Assembly: GCA_902596975.1 (NCBI GenBank)
Contig: CACJWS010000003.1
Span: forward strand, 37,914 to 101,913
Reading direction: 5' to 3'
Length of the DNA: 64,000 nt
Source of the DNA: an uncultured Pelagibacteraceae bacterium
GTDB lineage: Bacteria > Pseudomonadota > Alphaproteobacteria > Pelagibacterales > Pelagibacteraceae
In this document: positions 18,843-27,915 of the stretch, in pieces
How the letters are laid out: each line of letters starts with the position of its first letter
Position numbering within the stretch: position 1 is the stretch's first letter
The notes under the pieces: generated by a model
The model's input: the letters and a program-made list of their open reading frames with translations, nothing else
The model's database searches: none
Told to the model about the DNA's origin: nothing
Position numbers and translations under genes: made by a program

Positions 18843-20521
18843 GTTTTTTAAAAATACAAAATTTAAGCGTGGATTATAAATTGAGAAAAGAGACAGTTCA
18901 TGCTGCAAAAGACATTAATATTGAGATAAAAAGAGGAGAAATTGTAGGATTAGTTGGGGAATCTGGGTCTGGAAAAAGTACCGTAGCAAACGCAATAATT
19001 GATTTAATTGACGAACCAGGGAAAGTATCTGAAGGATCAATTTATTTAAGTGACATAAATATTCATGAAAATAAAAAAAATATTCTAAGTTTAAGAGGAA
19101 AAAAAATTGGATTTATTTTTCAAGATCCCCAGACATCTTTAAATCCTATCTTAACAATTGGACAACAACTTATTGAAACAATTCAAACTCATTTAAACCT
19201 CAGTAACTCAGAAGCAAAAGATAAATCAATAAATCTTTTAAAAGAAGTAGGTATAAAAGATGCTGAAAAAAGATTTAATGATTATCCTCATCAATTTTCA
19301 GGAGGTATGAGACAAAGAGTTGTTATATCGCTTTCCCTGTGTTGTGAACCAGAGTTGTTAATTGCAGATGAGCCCACAACTGCACTTGATGTATCAATAC
19401 AATCACAAATATTAGAACTTATAAAAAAGCTGACTAAAGAAAGAAATTTAGCAGTTATATTAATTACACATGATATGGGAGTTATAGCAGAGACTACCAA
19501 TAGAGTTGCTGTAATGAGAAATGGTAATTTGGTAGAATTGGGAACAACAAAGCAAATATTAACTGAACCAAAAGAAACTTATACAAAAAGTTTAGTCAGC
19601 TCTGTTCCTCCCACAAATAAAAAGATATCCAGATTTAAAATTATAGAGAAAGAAAATAATAACCAGGAAAATATTAATTTAAAAATTTTAAATAGATGGA
19701 ATAAAAGAGAGATTTTAAAAAAAGATTTAGTTCAAATAAAAAATCTTTGTAAAACTTTTAATGAAGGTTTTTTTACAGAAAAGTCTCAAAATAATGTATT
19801 AGCAGTTGATACTGTTTCATTTAATATACAAGAAGGAAAATCTTTTGGACTTGTTGGTGAAAGTGGCAGTGGAAAGACTACAATTGCAAAAATGATTGTT
19901 AATTTATTTAAACCCACTTCAGGTGAAATTTATTTTGATGATGTATGTATTAATAATATAAAAAGTAACAAAGAATTACTAAAATTTAGAAAACAAATTC
20001 AAATGATATTTCAAGATCCATACTCTTCATTGAATGGCAGGCTTAAAGTTAAAGATATCATTGCCGAACCTATAAAGTTACATGATACAAATATTAGTTC
20101 TAATGAATTAAATGAGTATATAAATGATCTCTTAGACTCTGTGGAGTTATCCAAGTCTTCATCCGAAAGATATCCTCATGAGTTTTCAGGAGGACAAAGA
20201 CAAAGAATTTCTATTGCAAGAGCGTTAGCAACAAAACCAAGACTGTTAGTTTGTGATGAACCAACATCTGCTTTGGATGTGAGTATCCAGGCCCAAATAC
20301 TAAATTTACTTAAAGATTTACAGGAACAACTTAATTTAACTATACTTTTTATAAGTCATGATCTACCAGTTGTAAGACAAATGTGTGATGACATTGGAGT
20401 TTTAAGGAATGGAAAACTATGCGAGGTGTCTGAGACAGAAGAGTTGTTTAAAAATCCAAATCATGAATATACTAAGGAATTATTAAGATTAATGCCTAAA
20501 ATAGAAACAATTTACAATTAA
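18839..20521 (+). CDS. Fused double ATP-binding-cassette protein (DppD-DppF type)
   Basis: Two Walker A motifs (both GESGSGKST/T), two LSGG signatures (FSGGMRQR, FSGGQRQR). 560 aa. Confidence 0.9.
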   Translation: MSFLKIQNLSVDYKLRKETVHAAKDINIEIKRGEIVGLVGESGSGKSTVANAIIDLIDEPGKVSEGSIYLSDINIHENKKNILSLRGKKIGFIFQDPQTSLNPILTIGQQLIETIQTHLNLSNSEAKDKSINLLKEVGIKDAEKRFNDYPHQFSGGMRQRVVISLSLCCEPELLIADEPTTALDVSIQSQILELIKKLTKERNLAVILITHDMGVIAETTNRVAVMRNGNLVELGTTKQILTEPKETYTKSLVSSVPPTNKKISRFKIIEKENNNQENINLKILNRWNKREILKKDLVQIKNLCKTFNEGFFTEKSQNNVLAVDTVSFNIQEGKSFGLVGESGSGKTTIAKMIVNLFKPTSGEIYFDDVCINNIKSNKELLKFRKQIQMIFQDPYSSLNGRLKVKDIIAEPIKLHDTNISSNELNEYINDLLDSVELSKSSSERYPHEFSGGQRQRISIARALATKPRLLVCDEPTSALDVSIQAQILNLLKDLQEQLNLTILFISHDLPVVRQMCDDIGVLRNGKLCEVSETEELFKNPNHEYTKELLRLMPKIETIYN

Positions 20522-20530
20522 GGAGGTGAA

Positions 20531-20923
20531 ATGGCAGTTTTTAATATGATTGAAGAAGCTGATGCTACAGGAAAGGTAAAAGAGGTATTTGAAGATATTA
20601 AAAAGAAGAGAAATACAGACTACATAAACAATTTTTGGAAAATGTTAGCCAACAATCCAGAAACTTTAGAGAGAACTTGGACTTCTATACAGCAAGTGAT
20701 GAAAAAAGGCGCTTTAGATGAAATGACAAAAGAGCTTATTTATGTTGCAGTTTCAATGACAAATAGTTGTGAGTATTGTATTAAATCTCACAGTATCGCT
20801 GCTAAATCTAAAGGTGCTACTACTGAGATGTTAAGTGAACTTATTGCAGTCGTTGCAATGGCAAATGAAACCAACAGACTTGTAGAATCATATCAGGTAA
20901 AAGTTGATAAAGTTTATGAATGA
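20531..20923 (+). CDS. Carboxymuconolactone decarboxylase / AhpD-like family protein
   Basis: 130 aa with a NSCEYCIKSH (CxxC-x2-H) motif. AGGAGG RBS. Confidence 0.75.
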   Translation: MAVFNMIEEADATGKVKEVFEDIKKKRNTDYINNFWKMLANNPETLERTWTSIQQVMKKGALDEMTKELIYVAVSMTNSCEYCIKSHSIAAKSKGATTEMLSELIAVVAMANETNRLVESYQVKVDKVYE

Positions 20924-21476
20924 TAGAGCCAAAGCAATATTAGATTTTTGGTTTGATGATATGGTCGTTGAAAAACGATTTAAAAGAGATGATAATTTTG
21001 ATCAATTGATTAGAGACAAGTTTAAAGATGATCATGAGAAAGCTACTTTGAATGAATATGATGATTGGCAAGATGAACCATTAAGCACTCTAGCTTTAGT
21101 TATTTTATTGGATCAATTTTCAAGAAATTTATATAGAGATGATAAAAAAGCTTTCGAGTTTGACCATAAAGCAAGACTGATTGTAAATGATGCAGTCTAT
21201 AACGGGTATCTTGATCAAATGGATGAATATCAACGTTTTTTCATGCTACTGCCATACATTCATAGCGAAGAAGTTATAGATCATGATAGAGCATATAAAT
21301 TGTTAGATAACTATTTATCTAACCATCCAAACTATAATGAGATAAAAAAATTTTGGAAAGATCATACCGCTGCAATTAAAAGATTTCATAGATATCCTCA
21401 TCGAAATAAAGTTATGGGAAGAAAATCCACACCAGATGAGTTAAAATTTTTAGAAAGTCCAAATTCCTCCTGGTAA
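20916..21476 (+). CDS. DUF924 family protein
   Basis: ILDFWF N-terminus and RYPHRN near the C-terminus. ATG at 20916 preferred over TTG at 20904; it overlaps the upstream gene by 8 nt. Confidence 0.6.
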   Translation: MNDRAKAILDFWFDDMVVEKRFKRDDNFDQLIRDKFKDDHEKATLNEYDDWQDEPLSTLALVILLDQFSRNLYRDDKKAFEFDHKARLIVNDAVYNGYLDQMDEYQRFFMLLPYIHSEEVIDHDRAYKLLDNYLSNHPNYNEIKKFWKDHTAAIKRFHRYPHRNKVMGRKSTPDELKFLESPNSSW

Positions 21477-22391
21477 TTATTCTATTGGATAATCCCAAGC
21501 ATCTCCACCAATAACCTTCGATATAGCAGAAAAATCTTTCGAACTATTTCCATCCTCACAAAACTTAGAATATATTTCTAATGCCATCTCTCCTAATGGA
21601 GTAGATGCATTTGCATTTTTAGCACATTCATTTGCAAGCTTTAAATCTTTGTTCATCATACCTGCAGAAAAGCCAGGTTTATATTTATTGTTAGATGGAG
21701 TTCCTTCAATTAATCCAGGTAAGGGTGGATAAACTGAAATAGGCCAGCTATTTCCAGAGGCATTTTTCATAATTTCATGAACTTTCTTTATATCTATATT
21801 CAATCTTCTTGCTAACATTAATGACTCTGAAGCAGCAATCATTGTTATTCCAAGAGACATGTTGTTACAAATCTTTGCACCGTTTCCGCTTCCTATCTCT
21901 CCAGCATGATAAATATTTTTACCCATTAATTTTAAAATAGGTAAAGCTTGATTAAATGCATCATTTGATCCACCTACCATAATATTTAAAGTTGCTTTTT
22001 GTGCACCCATCACTCCACCACTTACTGGTGCATCAATCATCTTAATACCTTTTTCATTAGCTTTTTTTCCTATTTCTTTAGAAGTATCTATATCGATTGT
22101 TGAACAATCTATTAGTAGACAATTTTTAGAAACTTTATCTAGAACACCATTTTCTTTTAAATAAACTTCTTTCGAATGTTTACCCTCAGGCAGCATAGTG
22201 ATTACAACAGACGTTTCACTATTGATTAGCTTTCCAAAATCCTTCTCAACATCAAGATTATTTTCAATGGCTTTATCAATCATCTCTTTAGAAACATCAA
22301 ATACCTTAACTTTTTTCCCTGCATTCTTTAAATTACAGGCCATTGGGTTTCCCATATTACCAACTCCTATAAAAGCTATATTTTCACTCAT
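21477..22391 (-). CDS. mmsB: 3-hydroxyisobutyrate dehydrogenase-type beta-hydroxyacid dehydrogenase
   Basis: FIGVGNMGNPMA, DAPVSGGVMGA, GNGAKICNNM, KPGFSAGMMNKDL. Confidence 0.7.
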   Translation of the reverse strand: MSENIAFIGVGNMGNPMACNLKNAGKKVKVFDVSKEMIDKAIENNLDVEKDFGKLINSETSVVITMLPEGKHSKEVYLKENGVLDKVSKNCLLIDCSTIDIDTSKEIGKKANEKGIKMIDAPVSGGVMGAQKATLNIMVGGSNDAFNQALPILKLMGKNIYHAGEIGSGNGAKICNNMSLGITMIAASESLMLARRLNIDIKKVHEIMKNASGNSWPISVYPPLPGLIEGTPSNNKYKPGFSAGMMNKDLKLANECAKNANASTPLGEMALEIYSKFCEDGNSSKDFSAISKVIGGDAWDYPIE

Positions 22392-22403
22392 ATGATATCC
22401 TCT

Positions 22404-22625
22404 CTATTTAGTAATTTTTTCCACTAATTTATTAACCAATGGTGCAACAAAAGTCGTTGCAACTAATGCAACTGGCAAACTAATAGACCAAGCTTTGAAA
22501 AATCTTTTATAATAAAATTCATCATAACCTGTATTTATAAATGTAATAATTAGGGTCATTAACAAACTCATTCCTAAACCCATAAAAAAAACGAAAAGAA
22601 TTTTAGAAAATTTTTTTGGAAACAT
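22404..22625 (-). CDS. Small two-TM membrane protein (DUF2798-like)
   Basis: 73 aa with two hydrophobic helices. Translationally coupled to the upstream lyase gene (1-nt overlap). Confidence 0.45.
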   Translation of the reverse strand: MFPKKFSKILFVFFMGLGMSLLMTLIITFINTGYDEFYYKRFFKAWSISLPVALVATTFVAPLVNKLVEKITK

Positions 22626-23500
22626 TATTTATATTTGTCTTCAATATCGTAATATTCGTTGAAGCCAACTATATCTCTTAAGTCTGAAAATTTAGAAATA
22701 TTTTTATTATAAACTTTATTTTTCATATTATTCAAGCATTCTTGCATCGTTTTTACTGATGCACTCATTAGGGTTAGAGGCATTACAGCAATTTTATAAC
22801 CAATTTCCTCTATTTCATTAATTTCTAATAATGGGGTTTCACCATCTTCGATTAAATTTAACATGTGATGACCTGGAACTTCTTTAATAATTCTTTTCAT
22901 ATCTTCTTTATTTTTAACAGCTTCAATAAATAAAATATCAACACCAAGTTTTGAAAATGATTGCATTCTTTTAATTGCATCATCTAATCCTCTAGTTGCT
23001 ATGGCATCAGTTCTTGCCATTATTAAGATATCTTTATTTCCATACTCTCTTGCATCCACTGCAGCTTTAATTCTTGAGTTAGCTTCATCAAGATCGACAA
23101 CATCTTTTCCCTTTGTGTGACCACATTTTTTTGGCCACTTTTGGTCTTCAATCATCACACCAGCTGCTCCTGCGTCCGCATACCCTCTTACAGTTCTAAA
23201 TACGTTCACTGAATTTCCATATCCAGTATCCCCATCAAATATTATTGGAATTGATGTAGCATTACATATATTTCTTACTTGTTCTGCCATTTCAGAAAAA
23301 GAAATTAAACCTGTGTCAGGCATACCAAGTTTTGTTGATGAAACACTGAAGCCAGACATAAACCCAACTTTCAAACCTTCTCTTTCAATTAATTTTGCTG
23401 ATAACGCATCAAAGCAACCAGGCATTACAATTATTTCTGGTCCATTTAATAATTTTCTTAGTTGTTCTGCTTTATCTTTTGATTTTATTTTTGAAAACAT
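22625..23500 (-). CDS. Isocitrate lyase / PEP mutase superfamily enzyme (methylisocitrate-lyase / carboxy-PEP-mutase / oxaloacetate-decarboxylase-like)
   Basis: DGDTGYG, family signature KKCGH, ARTDA. Confidence 0.85.
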   Translation of the reverse strand: MFSKIKSKDKAEQLRKLLNGPEIIVMPGCFDALSAKLIEREGLKVGFMSGFSVSSTKLGMPDTGLISFSEMAEQVRNICNATSIPIIFDGDTGYGNSVNVFRTVRGYADAGAAGVMIEDQKWPKKCGHTKGKDVVDLDEANSRIKAAVDAREYGNKDILIMARTDAIATRGLDDAIKRMQSFSKLGVDILFIEAVKNKEDMKRIIKEVPGHHMLNLIEDGETPLLEINEIEEIGYKIAVMPLTLMSASVKTMQECLNNMKNKVYNKNISKFSDLRDIVGFNEYYDIEDKYK

Positions 23501-23502
23501 AA

Positions 23503-24774
23503 TTATAATTTAAAAGGTATATATAATGCCAGGTCAGGGAATAAGTAAATAACAAATACTGTAAATAACATTATAATGACAAAAGGTATCACACCTTTAG
23601 CTATTTCTGACATTTTTGCTTTACCAATAGCTTGCAGAACATAAATATTTAGTCCTACGGGAGGAGTAATTAATGCACACTCAATCATTAATGTAAAAAT
23701 TATTCCAAACCAAATCAAATCAATATTCATTGCAGCGATTGAAATCGAAAATATAGGCATCATAATTAAAATTAATGAAAGAGTTTCCATTATAAATCCT
23801 AAGATTAACAAAGTAATACAAACAACAAGTATAAACAAACCAGTCTCATTAATATTAGTAACTATGAAAGATGATAAATCTTGAGGAATTCTATAAAGAG
23901 AAATTGCTTTACCAAAAACCTTTGCTCCTGCAATAATTATAAATATTGTAACTGTAGTCTTCATTGTCTCCAGACCTGCTTCGATAAAACCTTTAAAATC
24001 TAATCTTTTTTTAGCCACAACATAGATAAATGATATTAAAAAACCAATACCACCAGCTTCTGTTGGTGTATAAATTCCAGCATAAATTCCACCCAACATG
24101 ATGAAGGCCATTAATAATATTGGTAAACCTCTTTTTGTGTATTTAATTTTTTCTTCTAAAGTGCTGGATACATTTTGAACTTCTTTATTAAAAAATTTTA
24201 CGTAAAAAACTGAAAATATAATAAAAAATAAAGCTAAAACTATTCCAGGCCCAATTCCTGCAAGAAACATACTTAGTACCGACTCTTCCACAACAAATGC
24301 ATATACAATCATTGGAATTGATGGAGGAATTAAAATCCCTAAAGTTCCACCCGCTGCCAAAATACCTAAAGTAAAGTTTCTATGATAACCTCTATTAATC
24401 ATTGCAGGAAATGCTACGGTTGAGATTGTTGCAGCAGTAGCCACTGATGATCCAGATATAGCAGCAAAAATACTGCAAGAAACTATAGTTGCTATTGCCA
24501 AACCGCCTGGAAAATTTCCAACCCAGCTTTGAGCAAAATTAAAAAGATCTTCTCCAACACCTGCTTTTAACAATATATTAGACATCATCAAAAACATCGG
24601 AACGGCTAATAAAATAAAGTTATCTGCCACACTGTAAAAAGTTTGTGGGATCATTAAAGGAGAAATATCTCCAAATAACATTAAACCCAATCCTATAGAA
24701 CCTAAACCAAATGCTATTGGCACTCCTAAAAAAAGTACAAAAAATAACAAAAATAAGATTATTGCTACTGTCAT
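23503..24774 (-). CDS. dctM: TRAP transporter large permease subunit
   Basis: 423 aa polytopic DctM-type protein. Confidence 0.9.
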   Translation of the reverse strand: MTVAIILFLLFFVLFLGVPIAFGLGSIGLGLMLFGDISPLMIPQTFYSVADNFILLAVPMFLMMSNILLKAGVGEDLFNFAQSWVGNFPGGLAIATIVSCSIFAAISGSSVATAATISTVAFPAMINRGYHRNFTLGILAAGGTLGILIPPSIPMIVYAFVVEESVLSMFLAGIGPGIVLALFFIIFSVFYVKFFNKEVQNVSSTLEEKIKYTKRGLPILLMAFIMLGGIYAGIYTPTEAGGIGFLISFIYVVAKKRLDFKGFIEAGLETMKTTVTIFIIIAGAKVFGKAISLYRIPQDLSSFIVTNINETGLFILVVCITLLILGFIMETLSLILIMMPIFSISIAAMNIDLIWFGIIFTLMIECALITPPVGLNIYVLQAIGKAKMSEIAKGVIPFVIIMLFTVFVIYLFPDLALYIPFKL

Positions 24775-25247
24775 TTAATTATATCTTTGATGTATTTAGG
24801 TACTTCGAAAAGCACTCTTAATACCAAAAATGCAAAACATAATGGTATTGCAAATTCTGTAAGAAAGGATGGAACATCTAAAATTGTAGAGCTTGTTCTT
24901 CCAACTTTAAGAGAGTCATAAGCAATTAACCATCCATAATAAAGTACAAATCCACTAAAAATTAAAATAAAAATTGCACTTATTAAATCTAATATCTTTT
25001 TTCCTTTATCTCCTACTTTGTCATATATAACTGTTATTCTGATAAAATCATTTTTGTGAAAAGTATAAGTTAAGGCTAAATAAGTAGCCCAAATTTGTAA
25101 AAATCGAGAAATTTCATTTACCCAGATAGTAGGTGAGTTAAATATGTATCTCATTATAACTTCATAAGAAACTATAAAGCCTATCATAATAAACAACGCT
25201 GAAGCTAAATAGCCAGAATATTTTACAATTTTGTCGTAGGTATTCAT
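24771..25247 (-). CDS. dctQ: TRAP transporter small permease subunit
   Basis: Four-TM, about 158 aa, overlaps dctM by 4 nt. ATG at 25247 preferred over the GTG at 25262, which lies inside the GC hairpin. Confidence 0.85.
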   Translation of the reverse strand: MNTYDKIVKYSGYLASALFIMIGFIVSYEVIMRYIFNSPTIWVNEISRFLQIWATYLALTYTFHKNDFIRITVIYDKVGDKGKKILDLISAIFILIFSGFVLYYGWLIAYDSLKVGRTSSTILDVPSFLTEFAIPLCFAFLVLRVLFEVPKYIKDIIK

Positions 25248-25254
25248 TTGAAAA

Positions 25255-25274
25255 CCCCGCACTTACGTGCGGGG
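25255..25274 (-). terminator. GC-rich 8-bp stem with GUAA tetraloop followed by UUUU, between dctP and dctQ (intra-operon attenuator)
   Basis: Minus-strand RNA reads ccccgcac-guaa-gugcgggg-uuuu. It sits 12 nt after the dctP stop and 7 nt before the dctQ ATG. Confidence 0.6.
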
Positions 25275-25286
25275 TATTTATATGAT

Positions 25287-26276
25287 TTAAAGTTTGTTTG
25301 CAGCTTTTACAAGTTGATCACCAACTCCACCAGCTCCACCTGTTCTTGAAATATAATCATCAATAACAGATGATGATGCTTTTTTAAGAGCAGAAACTTC
25401 AGAACTACTTAGGTTTACAATGTTCATTCCATTTGCTTTTGCTTCTTTGTAAGCGCCAGCCTCGATGTTAGCCATGTCATCTCTAACAGCTTTTTCAGCT
25501 ACTTTTGATGCTTCAGCTATAGCGTCTCTTTGTTTTTGAGTTAATGAGCTTAGCCATTTATCATTAGCAACAACAACGAATTCGATATCGCCATGATTTG
25601 TAACTGTTAAAGTATCCATTACTTGATATAATTTTCTAGATTTTACACCAGATACACCAGTCATACCTGCATCAACTGTATTTCTTTGGTAAGCTAAATA
25701 TTGCTCAGATCCAGATATTAATGCTGGTTTACCGCCTAAAGAACTTACAAAAGCTCCAAGTGTTTTTCCAAATACTCTAATTTTTTTATCTTTAAAGTCA
25801 GCCGGAGTTTTCATCGGACCACCATTAGATAACATTATTGCTGATCCATAAGCTTGATAATAAAGTGGAACTGCTCCAGTCTTTGCTATTGCAGGATCAA
25901 GAATAGCTCTTATCTCAGATCCAGCTTGAGTTGCTTTTCTTACTTTTTGTTCTGAATCAAACAAGAATGGAAGATAGAAAACATCTACTTCAGGATTAGT
26001 TCCTGCAAATCTTGTTATAGATGCAACACCAGCTTCTATTGCTCCTGAACCTACGGCTTGTGGAACTTCTTTATCTTTATAAAGTTGTGCAGAGTCGTAA
26101 ATCTCCACTTTAATGTCTGATCTAGATTCTAATTCTTTTTTAAATACCAAAAGATTCTGACCCAAGTGAGCCTTTAATGGTAATTGAAGTGTAATTCTCA
26201 TTTTTGTTTCTGCCAAACTTGCGCTGGCAAAAGAAACAAAAATTAGAGAAAATATTATTCTTTTAAAGATTTTCAT
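25287..26276 (-). CDS. dctP: TRAP transporter substrate-binding protein
   Basis: Signal peptide (ASASLA), 329 aa DctP-family SBP. Confidence 0.9.
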   Translation of the reverse strand: MKIFKRIIFSLIFVSFASASLAETKMRITLQLPLKAHLGQNLLVFKKELESRSDIKVEIYDSAQLYKDKEVPQAVGSGAIEAGVASITRFAGTNPEVDVFYLPFLFDSEQKVRKATQAGSEIRAILDPAIAKTGAVPLYYQAYGSAIMLSNGGPMKTPADFKDKKIRVFGKTLGAFVSSLGGKPALISGSEQYLAYQRNTVDAGMTGVSGVKSRKLYQVMDTLTVTNHGDIEFVVVANDKWLSSLTQKQRDAIAEASKVAEKAVRDDMANIEAGAYKEAKANGMNIVNLSSSEVSALKKASSSVIDDYISRTGGAGGVGDQLVKAANKL

Positions 26277-26351
26277 GTTATTTCCTTCTTTTTTGTTTAA
26301 TCACACTATTTAAGTCGACTTTAAAATTAAATACAATATTAATAATCATCA

Positions 26352-27251
26352 ATGAATTGGATAATTGTAGCTATTTCTGGGGCTTTTTTTCAAAATCTTA
26401 GATCAACCTTACAGAAAAAACTTAATCAAAAAGTGTCAACTATTGCATCTACTTATGTAAGATTTGCTTTTGCATTACCATTTGTGACAATTTTATTTTT
26501 TTTGTATTTTCAAGACTTAAATGTAATTCCTGAAATTCTAATTCAAAAAAAATTTATATTTAACGTATTATTAGGTTCAATATTTCAAATAATTTTTACA
26601 TTTATTTTACTTTACCTATTTAGATTTGCTAATTTTGTTGTTGGAACTTCTTTAAGCAAAACTGAAGTTATTCAGGTTGCAATTTTTGAATATTTGATAA
26701 TAGGGGACAAATTAAATAAATTTGGAATAACAGGAATTATTGTGTCAACAATTGGAGTAATTATACTATCGATTAAAGACTTAAGTTTATTTCTAAAAAA
26801 CTTATTTTCAAAAACCACTTTAATCGGTTTATCCGCAGGGTTATTTTTAGGTGTAAGCGTTGTATACTTTAGAGCAGCAGCATTAACATTGGAAAATTTT
26901 AGTAGTAACTTTGAAAAAGCTATAGCAACACTCTTTTTTGGTCTAGTTATACAAACAACATTAATTACTATCTATTTAATTATATTTGAAAAATCACAGT
27001 TTAAAAAGTTATATGAAAACAAGTATGAATGTTTGATAGCAGGTTTTGCTGGTTTTCTAGCAACATTATCTTGGTTTTATGCCTTTACGTTAATACAGTC
27101 ATCATTTGTAAGAGCTGTCGGCCAAATAGAATTATTGTTCAGCTACATATCCTCAAAGTATATGTTTAAAGAAAAAGTAAAAATTACTGAAATTTTAGGG
27201 ATAATTATATTTGTAGTAGGTGTACTAATTTTATTATTAAATAAGAGCTAA
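26352..27251 (+). CDS. DMT-superfamily (EamA-like) transporter
   Basis: 299 aa, about 10 TM arranged as two similar halves. Confidence 0.65.
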   Translation: MNWIIVAISGAFFQNLRSTLQKKLNQKVSTIASTYVRFAFALPFVTILFFLYFQDLNVIPEILIQKKFIFNVLLGSIFQIIFTFILLYLFRFANFVVGTSLSKTEVIQVAIFEYLIIGDKLNKFGITGIIVSTIGVIILSIKDLSLFLKNLFSKTTLIGLSAGLFLGVSVVYFRAAALTLENFSSNFEKAIATLFFGLVIQTTLITIYLIIFEKSQFKKLYENKYECLIAGFAGFLATLSWFYAFTLIQSSFVRAVGQIELLFSYISSKYMFKEKVKITEILGIIIFVVGVLILLLNKS

Positions 27252-27583
27252 TTAATTCTTCCAAGATAATTAACCATTACAACGCCAATAATAATTAAAA
27301 AAATCCCAATTAAACCGTATATATTTGGTATCTGGTTATATTTAATCATCCCGAAGACTAATATAGCAGCTACTGTTGTCCCACTATAAGTAGCATAAGT
27401 AAAACCTACTGGTATCATAGACATTGCTTTTGCAAGTCCATACATAGTTATACACATAAAAGCTATTGATAATATCGTTGGGGTTAATTTTGAAAATCCA
27501 TCTGAAATTTTAGCAAAACTATTTGCAGCAATTCCTGTTGATATAGCTAATACTAAATAAATATAACCAGATAATGGTTTCAT
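27248..27583 (-). CDS. SMR-family small membrane protein, subunit B of a pair (lacks the canonical TM1 Glu)
   Basis: 111 aa, four TM. FAKISDGF and IPVGFTYATYSG align with EmrE MKFSEGF and LPTGIAYAIWSG. Confidence 0.8.
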   Translation of the reverse strand: MKPLSGYIYLVLAISTGIAANSFAKISDGFSKLTPTILSIAFMCITMYGLAKAMSMIPVGFTYATYSGTTVAAILVFGMIKYNQIPNIYGLIGIFLIIIGVVMVNYLGRIN

Positions 27584-27915
27584 TTATTTGTTCCTAATAA
27601 GTTAACTATTAAGACACCCGATATAATTAAAATCAATCCAATTATTGTATAAAAATTTGGTACTTGATTAAATTTTATAAAACCAACAGCAGCTGTTGCA
27701 ATTATACATAAGCCTGCAAAAGAGGCATATGTTATTCCAACTGGTATACTTTTCATAACTAAAGACAAAGTATACATGCATCCAACAATTGTTACTGCTG
27801 TAATTATGCTAGGTATTAATAATGTAAAACCTTGAGCACTTTTAGCAAAACTATTTGAAGCTGTTCCAAGAATTACTGCGATTAATAAAATTATATAAGC
27901 AGTTATATTATTCAT
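27580..27915 (-). CDS. SMR-family small membrane protein, subunit A of a pair (no acidic residue at all)
   Basis: 111 aa from the ATG at 27915. FAKSAQGF and IPVGITYASFAG motifs. Overlaps its partner by 4 nt and the upstream gene by 8 nt. Confidence 0.8.
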   Translation of the reverse strand: MNNITAYIILLIAVILGTASNSFAKSAQGFTLLIPSIITAVTIVGCMYTLSLVMKSIPVGITYASFAGLCIIATAAVGFIKFNQVPNFYTIIGLILIISGVLIVNLLGTNK

